Assembly (NCBI GenBank): GCA_963633805.1
Contig: CAVGZD010000001.1
Location: 48,150-112,149, forward strand
Source: Lachnospiraceae bacterium
GTDB taxonomy: Bacteria; Bacillota; Clostridia; Lachnospirales; Anaerotignaceae
Reading direction: 5' to 3'
Length of the DNA: 64,000 bases
Shown here: piece by piece, positions 28,007-38,075 of the stretch
How the letters are laid out: each line of letters opens with the position of its first letter
Numbering within the stretch: position 1 is the first letter of the stretch
Translations under genes and position numbers: made by a program
The notes under the pieces: model-generated
What the model saw: only the letters and a program-made list of their open reading frames with translations
What the model was told of the DNA's origin: nothing
Database searches by the model: none

Positions 28007-28894
28007 ATGAGTGCAACGATCAGAAGCATGACCGGCTACGGTCGCGGTGAGCATATCACGCAGGAGCGTAAATTCACCGTGGAGATGCGTGCGGTCAATC
28101 ATCGCTATAATGACATGACGATTAAGCTGCCGCGCAGCCTGGCGGGCTTGGAGGATAAAATTAAAAAGAGAATCATGCAGGATGTGTTCCGCGGCAAAAC
28201 GGATGTTTACGTCAGCTTTGAGAGCTTTTCCGCAGAGGATGTAGAGGTCAGGCTGAATGAAGCCTTGGCGGCGGAATATCTGGAACGGCTGTATTTGCTG
28301 GAGAAGACATTTGCCCTGCGGGGGGCGGATAAGCTGGCACTGGTGGCAAAATTTCCCGATGTGATTACGGTGGAAAAGGCGCAGCAGGAGGAGGAGCTGA
28401 TCTGGGATGCGCTTTCTCCCGCGCTGGATGAGGCTGTGGAGAAATTCGTTGCCATGCGCACGCAGGAGGGCGAAAATCTGAAAAACGACATCCTCAGCAA
28501 GGGGGAGCATATCCGCGAGCTGCTGACGGTGGTCAAGGAGCGCTCACCGCTGGTGGTGCAGGAATATCAGGAAAAGCTGAATAATCGCCTGAAGGAGCTT
28601 TTGGGCGGCGTGGAGATCGATCCGCAGCGTCTGGCGACGGAGGTTGCGGTATTTGCGGATCGCGGCTGCGTGGATGAGGAAATGACTCGTCTGGAAAGCC
28701 ATCTGGGGCAGCTGAGGACGATACTCGAGGGCGGCGGTCAGGTCGGCAGAAAGCTGGATTTTCTGGTGCAGGAGATGAATCGGGAAACCAACACCATCGC
28801 ATCGAAGGCAAATGACCTGACCATCGTGCAGACGACCATCGAAATGAAAAGCGAGATCGAAAAAATCAGAGAACAGGTGCAGAATCTGGAATAA
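28007..28894 (+). CDS. yloC: YicC/YloC family endoribonuclease
   Basis: SMTGYG, VNHRY, GRKLDFL.QEMNRE.NT.ASK, REQVQNLE. Confidence 0.95.
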   Translation: MSATIRSMTGYGRGEHITQERKFTVEMRAVNHRYNDMTIKLPRSLAGLEDKIKKRIMQDVFRGKTDVYVSFESFSAEDVEVRLNEALAAEYLERLYLLEKTFALRGADKLALVAKFPDVITVEKAQQEEELIWDALSPALDEAVEKFVAMRTQEGENLKNDILSKGEHIRELLTVVKERSPLVVQEYQEKLNNRLKELLGGVEIDPQRLATEVAVFADRGCVDEEMTRLESHLGQLRTILEGGGQVGRKLDFLVQEMNRETNTIASKANDLTIVQTTIEMKSEIEKIREQVQNLE

Positions 28895-28924
28895 GTGCCA
28901 GCGGGAAAGAGAAGGGGACAGAAC

Positions 28925-29533
28925 ATGAAAAAACAAGGCATATTATTGATTATTTCCGGGCCATCCGGCTCCGGTAAGGGTACCATCGTGGGAGAGCTTT
29001 GCAAAAACGACGATTTCTCCCTCTCCATTTCCGCAACGACCAGAAGCCCGCGGGAATATGAGAAGGACGGCGTGCATTATTTCTTCCATACGCGGGAAGA
29101 ATTTGAGCAGATGAAGAAACGCGGGGAGCTGCTGGAATGCGCGGAATTTTGCGGAAATTATTACGGCACGCCGCGCAAATATGTTGTGGAGCAGCTTGCG
29201 GCAGGGCGCAATGTCATTTTGGAGATCGAGGTGCAGGGCGCATTGCAGGTCAAGGAAATTTATCCGGACGGCGTTCTGGTGTTTTTGATGCCGCCGAATC
29301 TGGAGGAGCTGGGCAACCGCCTGACCAAGCGCGGAACGGAGGATAAGGAGACGATCAATCGCCGTCTGCGTCGCGCCTTGGAGGAGATGGAGCTGGTGGA
29401 AAAATACGACTATGTTGTTGTGAATGATACGATCGAACAGGCAACGGCGGACATCCTGACCATCGTGCAGGCGGAAAGAATGAAATGCAGCCGGAATAAA
29501 AATATCAAAAAGATTTTCAAAGGAGAGATATAA
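28925..29533 (+). CDS. gmk: Guanylate kinase
   Basis: SGPSGSGKGT, SISATTR.PR, YYGTP, LEIEVQGA. Confidence 0.97.
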   Translation: MKKQGILLIISGPSGSGKGTIVGELCKNDDFSLSISATTRSPREYEKDGVHYFFHTREEFEQMKKRGELLECAEFCGNYYGTPRKYVVEQLAAGRNVILEIEVQGALQVKEIYPDGVLVFLMPPNLEELGNRLTKRGTEDKETINRRLRRALEEMELVEKYDYVVVNDTIEQATADILTIVQAERMKCSRNKNIKKIFKGEI

Positions 29534-29535
29534 TT

Positions 29536-29829
29536 ATGCTGAGACCTTCTTATACGGATTTATTGGATGTTATCACGCAGGATTCCGATGATATTACGAT
29601 CGGCAGCAGATATGCCATCGTCATCGCGGCGGCAAAGCGCGCCAGAGAGCTGGTTGACCACGCAGAGCCGATGGTTCGTACGGCACGGGTGGATAAGCCC
29701 GTTTCCATTGCGGTGCAGGAATTGTACGAGGGGAAGATCAAGGTGCGTCAGGGGCAGCCTGCGCAGGAGGAAGCACCGGATGAGGAAGTGATCCTCTGCG
29801 ACAGCACGGAGGGCATGACAGGGTTCTAA
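29536..29829 (+). CDS. rpoZ: RNA polymerase omega subunit
   Basis: MLRPS, SRY..V..AAKRAR, KPVSIA..EL; follows gmk. Confidence 0.93.
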   Translation: MLRPSYTDLLDVITQDSDDITIGSRYAIVIAAAKRARELVDHAEPMVRTARVDKPVSIAVQELYEGKIKVRQGQPAQEEAPDEEVILCDSTEGMTGF

Positions 29830-29919
29830 GTCGCGCGGTGGCTCTATAGGAAAGATGTTTTAGTCCGTTTTACAAACGGACTTTCTTTTTCGCGGAGAAT
29901 GCGGCGGGGGAGAGTGAAA

Positions 29920-32370
29920 ATGAAGATCGCAAAGGTAATCATCGGGCAGAATCGCCCGGAAATAGACCGCTGCTTTGATTATCGCGTGCCGGAGGGGATG
30001 GCATCCTCCATCGCGGCGGGAACGCGGGTGATCGTGCCCTTCGGCGGCAGAAATGCCAAAACGGAGGGTTGCGTCCTCTCTCTTGCGGAGGATACGGCGG
30101 TTTCTGCGGAGCGGCTCAAGGATATCGCGGAGGTTCTGGATGAGGGCAGACCCGCCTTCACGCCGCAGCTGCTGGCGCTGGCGCAGTGGATGCGGGAGCG
30201 GTATTTCTGTACGCTGAATCAGTGCTTGCAGGCGATCTTGCCCGCGGGCATCCGCAGCAGAAGCAGCTGGATCGTCCGCGCAAAGCAGACAAGCGATGCG
30301 GCAGGGCTTACGCCGAAGGAAAGGGCAGTGCTGCAATTTCTGGCAGACGGCGAGACGCATCCTTTGGAGGAGATCGAAGGGGAATTTCGCGGGAATATGA
30401 TGGAATATCTGCGGAAAATGCAGGATAAGGGGCTGCTGGAGCTGCGGCAGGAGCTGCACCACAGCAACTATCGGCGGGAGCGGCGGTATTATTCTCTGGA
30501 TCTGGCGCATCCGCAGCTGGAAGCGGTCTGGGCGAAGGCGGCGAAGGAGAAGCGGCTGGAGGGACAGCGGCTTTTGCTGGATGCCCTGCGCAACGGGGAG
30601 GAAAAGACCGCCGAGGAACTGAAGGAAGCCCTTGGCATCAGCGATTCTCCCATACAAACGCTGCGGAAAAAAGGCATTTTGATCGAGCACATCCGGACGG
30701 AGCGACGAAGCGTTGTAGATGTGCAGCGCATAGAGCCGATGCAGCCTCTCCCGCCGACGGCAGAACAGGCAAGCGCACTGGTGGCTATCCGTGCGGAGCG
30801 GCAAAAAGACGAAAAACGCCCGATTCTCCTGCATGGCGTAACGGGCAGCGGCAAAACAGAGGTTTATCTGCAAATCATTGCGGATGTTCTGCGGGAGGGC
30901 AGACAGGCGATCGTACTTGTGCCGGAAATTTCGCTCACGCCGCTTCTGGTGGAACGTTTTGCGGCACGCTTTGGCGATGTAGTCAGCGTGACGCACAGCC
31001 ATCTTTCTATGGGTGAACGGGTCGACCAATGGAAACGGGCGCGAGATGGCGAGATTTCAGTCATGATCGGACCGCGCTCCGCGCTGTTTACGCCCTTTCG
31101 GAACATCGGCGCGATCATCATGGACGAGGCGCACGAAAACAGCTATTTTTCGGATATTACGCCGAAATATGATACGAAGGAGGTCGCGGAGGAAGCGGCA
31201 AGGCTCTGCGGCGCACTCTTTCTGATGGGGACGGCGACCCCTGATTTTACGAGCTATCATAAGGCGATGACGGGGCAGTATCTCCTGCTGGAGCTGCGGG
31301 AGCGCACGGGCGGCGGCGCATTGCCGGAGGTTTCCGTGGTGGATTTACGGCGGGAGCTGCAGGATGGGAACCGTTCGCCCTTCAGCCGCGCCCTGCGGGG
31401 GGCGATACGGGAGGCGCTGGCGCGGGGCGAGCAGGCGATGCTTTTCCTGAATCGGCGCGGCACGGCGACTTTCGTTTCCTGCCGAAGCTGCGGCACGGCG
31501 ATGACCTGCCCGCACTGTGATATTGCCTATACCTACCACGGCAGGGAACATGCGCTGGTTTGCCATTACTGCGGCAGACGGGCGGCAGTGCCGCAGGTTT
31601 GTCCTGCCTGCGGCTCAAAATATATCCGCTATTTCGGCACGGGTACGCAGAAAATCGAGGAGGAGGCAAGGCGACTGTTCCCGCAGGCGCGTATCCTGCG
31701 CATGGATCTGGATACGACCGGGACGAAGCACAGCCACGAGAGGATTTTGGAAACCTTTGGCAGGGGCGAAGCGGATATCCTGATCGGGACGCAGATGATC
31801 GCCAAGGGGCACGATTTCCCGCGGGTGACAGTAGTTGGCATCATGGCGGCGGATGCGCTGCTTTTTGCGGGCAGCTACACTGCGGCAGAGACTGGCTTTC
31901 GCCTGATGCTGCAGGTGGCGGGACGCGCGGGACGCGCCGAGCTGCCGGGGCATGTCTTTTTGCAGACCTATCAGCCGAAGCATTATGCCGTGCGCTATGC
32001 GGCGGCGCATGATTTCAAGGGCTTTTATGCGGAGGAAAGCGTACTGCGGCGCATGATGGGCTATCCGCCATTTGCCGCGCTGCTGGGGATTCTGTTGGTC
32101 GGCGAGGAAAAGGAAGCAGTTGCGGCGGAAGCGGAGGAGCTTGCGGCGGCTCTGGAAAAACGCAACACGAGCCAAGCCGTGTCCATATTCGGTCCAACAC
32201 CCGCCGCGCTCGCCAGATTTCGCGGAGAATATCGCTATCAGATCCTATTGAAAGCGGAAAATGAGCAAATCCTGCGGGAGCTGCTGCTGCCTGAGCTTGC
32301 AAGCAGGGGGCAGAATCGGCGGGGAAAGGTGCGCTTACAGGTGGTAATCAATCCGGAGAATATTGTGTAG
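29920..32370 (+). CDS. priA: Primosomal protein N' (replication restart helicase)
   Basis: GVTGSGKTEVY, VPEISLT, LNRRG, four CxxC zinc motifs, GTQMIAKG.DF, QVAGRAGR. Confidence 0.97.
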   Translation: MKIAKVIIGQNRPEIDRCFDYRVPEGMASSIAAGTRVIVPFGGRNAKTEGCVLSLAEDTAVSAERLKDIAEVLDEGRPAFTPQLLALAQWMRERYFCTLNQCLQAILPAGIRSRSSWIVRAKQTSDAAGLTPKERAVLQFLADGETHPLEEIEGEFRGNMMEYLRKMQDKGLLELRQELHHSNYRRERRYYSLDLAHPQLEAVWAKAAKEKRLEGQRLLLDALRNGEEKTAEELKEALGISDSPIQTLRKKGILIEHIRTERRSVVDVQRIEPMQPLPPTAEQASALVAIRAERQKDEKRPILLHGVTGSGKTEVYLQIIADVLREGRQAIVLVPEISLTPLLVERFAARFGDVVSVTHSHLSMGERVDQWKRARDGEISVMIGPRSALFTPFRNIGAIIMDEAHENSYFSDITPKYDTKEVAEEAARLCGALFLMGTATPDFTSYHKAMTGQYLLLELRERTGGGALPEVSVVDLRRELQDGNRSPFSRALRGAIREALARGEQAMLFLNRRGTATFVSCRSCGTAMTCPHCDIAYTYHGREHALVCHYCGRRAAVPQVCPACGSKYIRYFGTGTQKIEEEARRLFPQARILRMDLDTTGTKHSHERILETFGRGEADILIGTQMIAKGHDFPRVTVVGIMAADALLFAGSYTAAETGFRLMLQVAGRAGRAELPGHVFLQTYQPKHYAVRYAAAHDFKGFYAEESVLRRMMGYPPFAALLGILLVGEEKEAVAAEAEELAAALEKRNTSQAVSIFGPTPAALARFRGEYRYQILLKAENEQILRELLLPELASRGQNRRGKVRLQVVINPENIV

Positions 32371-32496
32371 CGCGTGATTTTGTGATATAATTTTCGCGGT
32401 GTGTGCTGTTCTTTTGCGCCACAGCGATTTTACGATAAATTTACAATTTGTTTCGTGTTTGTTCAATTTTTGGAGATAATATAGGAGGAAAGAGCG

Positions 32497-32946
32497 ATGG
32501 CGATTCGGAATATTCGATTGAGTACGGATGAGGTTTTGAGGAAAAAATGCAAGCCGGTCAAGGAGATCACCCCGAATCTCCTGACGCTGCTGGATGATAT
32601 GGCTGACACGATGTATGAAGCCAACGGCGTCGGCTTGGCTGCGCCGCAGGTCGGCATATTGAAGCGGGCGGTGGTAATCGATATTGGCGAGGGTCTGGTG
32701 GAGCTGATCAACCCTGTCATTCTGGAGACAAGCGGCTCGCAGATTGATGACGAGGGCTGCCTGAGCCTGCCGGGGAAATCCGCTCCCGTGGAGCGCCCGA
32801 ATTACGTCAAGGTGCAGGCGATTGATCGGGACGGCAACGAATGCATCATCGAAGGGGAAGAGCTGATGGCGCGCGCGCTTTGCCATGAGATCGACCATCT
32901 GGACGGCATTTTGTATATCGATAAGGCGCTGCCTGAGGAGGAATAA
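32497..32946 (+). CDS. def: Peptide deformylase
   Basis: [23 protein letters not shown]. Confidence 0.98.
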   Translation: MAIRNIRLSTDEVLRKKCKPVKEITPNLLTLLDDMADTMYEANGVGLAAPQVGILKRAVVIDIGEGLVELINPVILETSGSQIDDEGCLSLPGKSAPVERPNYVKVQAIDRDGNECIIEGEELMARALCHEIDHLDGILYIDKALPEEE

Positions 32947-32958
32947 GGAGGAAATCCA

Positions 32959-33888
32959 ATGAAAGTGATATTTATGGGTACGCCGGATTTTGCGGTGTAT
33001 TCTTTGAAGGCACTGCTGACGAAGCATGAGGTGGTCGCTGTCGTGACGCAGCCGGATAAGCCCAAGGGCAGAGGGAAAAAATTGCAGCCTACGCCCGTCA
33101 AGGAGCTGGCGATGGAGCATGGCATTGAGGTTTTGCAGCCTGTCAAGGTGCGCGAGGCGGAGGTCATCGAGAAGCTGCGCAGCTACGGTGCGGATCTGAT
33201 TGCCGTGACCGCCTTCGGGCAGATTTTACCGGAGGATATCCTGAATCTGCCGAAATACGGCTGCATCAACGTGCATGGCTCTTTGCTGCCGAAATATCGC
33301 GGCGCAGCGCCCATGCAGCGGGCGATCATCGACGGCGAGACGGTGACGGGCATCACGACGATGTTCATGGCGAAGGGCATGGACACGGGCGATATGCTGC
33401 TCAAGCGTGAGGTGGAAATTCTGCCGACAGATAATTTTGAGGATTTGTACTACAAAATGGCGGAAGCGGGCGCGGAGCTCCTACTGGAAACGATCGACGG
33501 CTTGGAGGCGGGCACGATCGCGCGCATCCCGCAGGACGAGAGCCAAGCGACCTATGCGCCCATGATCTACAAGGAAACGGGGCATATTGACTGGAGCAAG
33601 CCGGGGCGGCAGATCATCGACCTGATGCGGGGGATGTATCCCGGGCACGGCGCGTATGCCGTTTTGGAGGATGAACCTCTGAAGCTATTCTGGGCGGAGC
33701 AGCAGGCGGGTGAGTACCCCGATGCCGCCTATGGCGAGATCGTTGAGGTATCCAAGGCGGATTTTGCGGTCAAATGCGGCGATGGTGCTTTGCGCATCAA
33801 GGAGGTGCAGGCGCGGGGCGGCAAAAAAATGCCGACCGACGCTTATCTGCGGGGACACCGCATGGAAACGGGCATCCGTTTTTCGTAA
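32959..33888 (+). CDS. fmt: Methionyl-tRNA formyltransferase
   Basis: FMGTPDFA, TQPD.P.GRG, NVHGSLLPKYRGAAP, MDTGD. Confidence 0.98.
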   Translation: MKVIFMGTPDFAVYSLKALLTKHEVVAVVTQPDKPKGRGKKLQPTPVKELAMEHGIEVLQPVKVREAEVIEKLRSYGADLIAVTAFGQILPEDILNLPKYGCINVHGSLLPKYRGAAPMQRAIIDGETVTGITTMFMAKGMDTGDMLLKREVEILPTDNFEDLYYKMAEAGAELLLETIDGLEAGTIARIPQDESQATYAPMIYKETGHIDWSKPGRQIIDLMRGMYPGHGAYAVLEDEPLKLFWAEQQAGEYPDAAYGEIVEVSKADFAVKCGDGALRIKEVQARGGKKMPTDAYLRGHRMETGIRFS

Positions 33889-33911
33889 GATAGCATAAGG
33901 AGGAATCCAAT

Positions 33912-34592
33912 ATGTATTTATTAGTAATAATTGCGTTTTTGTTCTCCATGTACGCACAGCTGCAGATCAGCAGCACCTATAATAAATACTCCCGCGTGGC
34001 GAATCGCCGCGGCTATACGGGAGCGCAGGTGGCAACGCTGATGCTGCAAAATGCGGGCATTTATGATGTAAAGGTGCAGCGGATCGCGGGGCAGCTGACG
34101 GATCATTATGACCCCCGTACAAAGACACTGCGGCTGTCGCAGGGCGTGTATGACAGTACGTCTGTTGCGGCGCTGGGCGTTGCCGCGCATGAAACAGGTC
34201 ATGCCATCCAGGATGATGTTTCCTACGCGCCTTTGGTGCTGCGCAGCCTGTTTGTGCCGATCGCAAATTTTGGCTCGAAGCTCTCCTGGCCGCTGATCGT
34301 GATCGGTCTGCTTTTTAACGGGCATACGGGGACGACGCTGCTAATGCTGGGCGTGCTGTTCTTCTCTCTGTCCGTGGTGTTTACGCTGATTACGCTGCCG
34401 GTGGAGTTTGACGCATCCTCGCGGGCGATCACGCTGCTGGTTGACCAGAATTTTCTGGACAGCGATGAGATCGGCGGCGCGAAAAAGGTGTTGCGGGCAG
34501 CCGCGATGACCTATGTGGCGGCGGCTTTTGCGGCAATCGCACAGCTTTTGCGACTGCTGGCGATCATCGGCTTCAGACGGGGCAATGATTAA
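33912..34592 (+). CDS. Membrane zinc metallopeptidase (YugP-like)
   Basis: LTDHYDP, AAHETGHA.Q, TLPVEFDAS.RA, AAAMTYVA. Confidence 0.92.
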   Translation: MYLLVIIAFLFSMYAQLQISSTYNKYSRVANRRGYTGAQVATLMLQNAGIYDVKVQRIAGQLTDHYDPRTKTLRLSQGVYDSTSVAALGVAAHETGHAIQDDVSYAPLVLRSLFVPIANFGSKLSWPLIVIGLLFNGHTGTTLLMLGVLFFSLSVVFTLITLPVEFDASSRAITLLVDQNFLDSDEIGGAKKVLRAAAMTYVAAAFAAIAQLLRLLAIIGFRRGND

Positions 34593-34733
34593 ATAGAAGG
34601 AAAAAGGGCTGATTCCCGAAAATGATTTGGGAATTGGCCTTTTCGTCGTTTTATATCGACGGGCGCGGAATGAGGGATTTTGGCGAAAAATGTGCGCTTT
34701 TGCGCCGTGCATCGGCAGAAATCAGAATTTTCC

Positions 34734-34762
34734 TTGAACAATCGCCTATTCTATCGTATAAT
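34734..34762 (+). promoter_or_regulatory. SigA promoter upstream of rsmB
   Basis: TTGAAC-17 bp-TATAAT. Confidence 0.6.
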
Positions 34763-34880
34763 AATAATTTGATGATACCCCGATCGGGGTCTGGTTTAGG
34801 CGCTTTGGTGCAAAATTCCGACAAATTTCGTGGTTCTGTGTGCATCCGAAGCGGAAAGAAAAACGGAAGGAATTGAAACG

Positions 34881-36224
34881 ATGATTCAAATCAATCCCAG
34901 AGAAATTGCGGCGGAAGCCCTCATGGAGATCATGACGGACGAAGCCTATAATACCATGACGCTGCGCCGCCTGCTGCGGCAAAACGGCGCGATGAGTCGT
35001 CAGGATCGTGCCTTCGTGACGGAGATGGTCAACGGGACACTGCGCAACCTGCTGTATATCGATCATGCACTGAATGTTTTCGCGCGGGGGACGAGCACGG
35101 AGAAAATGAAGCCGTGGATATTGGCGTTGCTGCGGACGGCAGTTTATCAGATGTATTTTATGGAGATTCCCGCGCATGCGGCGATCGATGAGGCAGTGAA
35201 GCTGACGAAGCAGCGGGGCTATACTGCCCTGAAGGGCTTTGTCAACGGCATTTTGCGCACGGCGGCGAAGGAGCGGGACAATATCCCTTTGCCCGATGCG
35301 GGGACGGCGGAATATCTCTCCCTGCGCTATTCCCACCCGCTCTGGCTGGTGCGGATGTGGATTGCTTACTATGGCTACGCGGATACGGAGCAGCTTTGCG
35401 CCTATGATAATCAGCCGCCCGATGTGACGATTCGCGTCAATACACTGAAAACGGACGTGCAGACGCTGCGGGAGCGGCTGGAGCAGGCGGGCGTGGAGGT
35501 CGGCGCGGGGCGCATCTGCAAAAATGCCCTGCATCTGAGCAAAACCGCTGATTTGAGCCGTTTGGATCTGTTTCGGGAGGGCTTGTTTCATGTGCAGGAT
35601 GAAAGCTCCCAGCTTGCGGTGGAGATTCTGGGCCCGCAAAAGGGCGAGCAGATCCTTGATCTTTGCGCTGCGCCCGGCGGCAAGAGCTTTACGGCGGCGG
35701 AGAAAATGGAAAATGACGGGAAATTGCTTTCCTGCGATATATATGAGCATAAGCTGGAACTATTGGAGGAGGGCGCAGAGCGGCTCGGTATTCGTTGCAT
35801 GGAATGCGCCCTGTGCGATGCGGCTGAGGAGCAGAGCGGCGAGCTGTTCGACCGCGTGCTGGTGGATGTGCCCTGCTCCGGCTTGGGCTTGATGCGGAAA
35901 AAGCCGGATATTCGCCTAAAGAAAAACGGCGATGAAATCGACAGCCTGATTCCGCTTCAGCGCAGGATATTGGACAATGCGGCGGGCTATGTGAAGCTGG
36001 GCGGCGTGCTGGTATACAGCACCTGCACCATCTGCCGCAAGGAGAATGAAAAAAATCTGGAATGGTTTTTGCAGCAGCATCCCGAATTTGAAGCGGAGGA
36101 TATCACGCCCTTTTTGCCGCAGGATTGGGATGCGGAAACGGCGCGGCAGGGCTATCTGACCCTTCTGCCCCACAAAACCGGGACGGACGGCTTTTTTGTC
36201 TCCCGCATGAGAAGGAAGGGTTGA
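34881..36224 (+). CDS. rsmB: 16S rRNA m5C967 methyltransferase
   Basis: NusB-like N-terminus, QDESS, DLCAAPGGK, DVPCSGLG, VYSTCT, DGFF. Confidence 0.96.
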   Translation: MIQINPREIAAEALMEIMTDEAYNTMTLRRLLRQNGAMSRQDRAFVTEMVNGTLRNLLYIDHALNVFARGTSTEKMKPWILALLRTAVYQMYFMEIPAHAAIDEAVKLTKQRGYTALKGFVNGILRTAAKERDNIPLPDAGTAEYLSLRYSHPLWLVRMWIAYYGYADTEQLCAYDNQPPDVTIRVNTLKTDVQTLRERLEQAGVEVGAGRICKNALHLSKTADLSRLDLFREGLFHVQDESSQLAVEILGPQKGEQILDLCAAPGGKSFTAAEKMENDGKLLSCDIYEHKLELLEEGAERLGIRCMECALCDAAEEQSGELFDRVLVDVPCSGLGLMRKKPDIRLKKNGDEIDSLIPLQRRILDNAAGYVKLGGVLVYSTCTICRKENEKNLEWFLQQHPEFEAEDITPFLPQDWDAETARQGYLTLLPHKTGTDGFFVSRMRRKG

Positions 36225-36226
36225 GC

Positions 36227-37276
36227 ATGGGAAAAACGGATTTGAAATCGATGAATCTGCAGGAGATGGAGGCATTTCTGGTCGGGCTGGGCGAGCCGAA
36301 ATTCCGCGCAAAGCAGCTCTTTGACTGGGTTCATGCCAAGCAGGTGGACAGCTTCGCAGAAATGACGAATCTTTCCAAGGCGCTGCGGGAAAAGCTGGAG
36401 CGGGAAGCGAGGCTCGGTGGCGTGGAGATCGTCAGGCGGTTGGTCTCGCAGGAGGACGGCACGAGAAAGTACCTCTTTGCGTTGGAAAACGGCTCGGTAA
36501 TCGAAAGCGTGCTGATGAAATATGAGCATGGCAACACGGTTTGCATCTCCACGCAGGCGGGTTGTCGCATGGGCTGCAAATTCTGCGCCTCGACGCTGGA
36601 TGGCGTGGAGCGCAGCCTGACGGCGGGTGAAATGCTCTCGCAGGTTTATGCCATACAGAAGGATTGCGGGGAGCGCGTCCACGGCGTTGTGCTGATGGGC
36701 AGCGGCGAACCGCTGGATAATTATGAAAATGTACTGAAATTTTTGCGCTTGATCAACGACCCCAAGGGGCAGAACATGGGACAGCGGCATATCACGCTTT
36801 CGACCTGTGGACTTGTGGATAAAATATACGATCTGGCGGAGGAGGGGCTGCAAATCACGCTGGCTGTCTCCCTCCATGCGCCAAATGATGAGATCCGCGC
36901 GCAGACCATGCCGATCGCCAAGGCATACGACATGGATAGCCTGCTGGCGGCTTGCCGTGCCTATGCGGAGCGGACGAAGCGGCGCATCACCTTTGAATAT
37001 GCCATGATCCATGGGCTGAATGACAGCGACGAGAACGCGCGGGAGCTGGCGGGTAGGCTGCGCCATAGCCTTTGCCACGTCAATCTGATTCCCGTCAATC
37101 CCGTCAAGGAGCGGGCATATGAGAGAAGCGGCGAGGATCGGATCCGGCGCTTTGCGGATATATTGGAGAAAAACGGGATAGAAACGACCGTCAGGCGGCG
37201 GCTGGGCAGCGATATTGCTGCAGCCTGCGGGCAGCTCAGAAGAAGCCATAGACAGGAAATGACGGAAAAGGCTTGA
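36227..37276 (+). CDS. rlmN: Dual-specificity RNA m2A methyltransferase (radical SAM)
   Basis: CISTQAGCRMGCKFCAS, MGSGEP, SLHA, DIAAACGQL. Confidence 0.97.
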   Translation: MGKTDLKSMNLQEMEAFLVGLGEPKFRAKQLFDWVHAKQVDSFAEMTNLSKALREKLEREARLGGVEIVRRLVSQEDGTRKYLFALENGSVIESVLMKYEHGNTVCISTQAGCRMGCKFCASTLDGVERSLTAGEMLSQVYAIQKDCGERVHGVVLMGSGEPLDNYENVLKFLRLINDPKGQNMGQRHITLSTCGLVDKIYDLAEEGLQITLAVSLHAPNDEIRAQTMPIAKAYDMDSLLAACRAYAERTKRRITFEYAMIHGLNDSDENARELAGRLRHSLCHVNLIPVNPVKERAYERSGEDRIRRFADILEKNGIETTVRRRLGSDIAAACGQLRRSHRQEMTEKA

Positions 37277-37324
37277 GAAATGGTTTGTTTGGTTTGTGCA
37301 GTGCAATGAAGGAGGTGGCGCTGC

Positions 37325-38056
37325 TTGAAAGCAGTCGGAATGAGCGACATTGGAAAATGCCGCACGAATAATGAGGATGCTTATTATATCTCAGCCGGGG
37401 ATGACCCTGCGGAGAATCTATATCTGGTGGCGGACGGCATGGGCGGCTGTAATGCCGGGGAGGTTGCGAGCAGCTCCGCCATTGAAGCCTTCCTTGCGTA
37501 TTTCTGGAAGGAAATGAAGCATGCGGAAAATGACGATATGCTGGATCTTCTGACCGGAGCGATCGGCGCGGCAAATCATGCGGTCTATGAAAAATCCAAC
37601 TCCGCGAGGGAATATGCGGAGATGGGGACGACCATCGTTGCGGCGGCGGTGCGGGAGAATAAGCTCTATGTTGCCCATGTGGGGGACAGCCGGGCGTATC
37701 TTTGCCGCAAAAAGGAGCTGACGCTGCTGACGATGGATCATTCCTATGTGATGGAGCTGGTCAAGCTCGGCTCAATTACGCGGGATGAGGCGGCGACGCA
37801 TCCCAAGCGCAATGTGATCACACGGGCGATCGGCATCCGGGATGAGGTGGAGGCAGATACGACGATCCATGCGGTGAAGCCGGGCGATTTGCTGCTGCTT
37901 TGCAGCGATGGGCTTTCGGGTATGCTCAAGGATGAGGAGATCGGAAAAATCCTGGGCAGGTGCAGCCCCTTGGAGCAAAAGGCGGGCCTTTTGATTGAGG
38001 AGGCGAATCGGCGCGGCGGTCATGATAATATTTCTCTGATTTTGGTTGAGATATAA
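37325..38056 (+). CDS. prpC: PP2C-type Ser/Thr phosphatase
   Basis: R..NED, VADGMGG, MGTT, HVGDSR, LCSDGL, GG.DN; TTG start after AGGAGG. Confidence 0.95.
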   Translation: MKAVGMSDIGKCRTNNEDAYYISAGDDPAENLYLVADGMGGCNAGEVASSSAIEAFLAYFWKEMKHAENDDMLDLLTGAIGAANHAVYEKSNSAREYAEMGTTIVAAAVRENKLYVAHVGDSRAYLCRKKELTLLTMDHSYVMELVKLGSITRDEAATHPKRNVITRAIGIRDEVEADTTIHAVKPGDLLLLCSDGLSGMLKDEEIGKILGRCSPLEQKAGLLIEEANRRGGHDNISLILVEI

Positions 38057-38075
38057 AATGGGAGGTTACAAGCTG

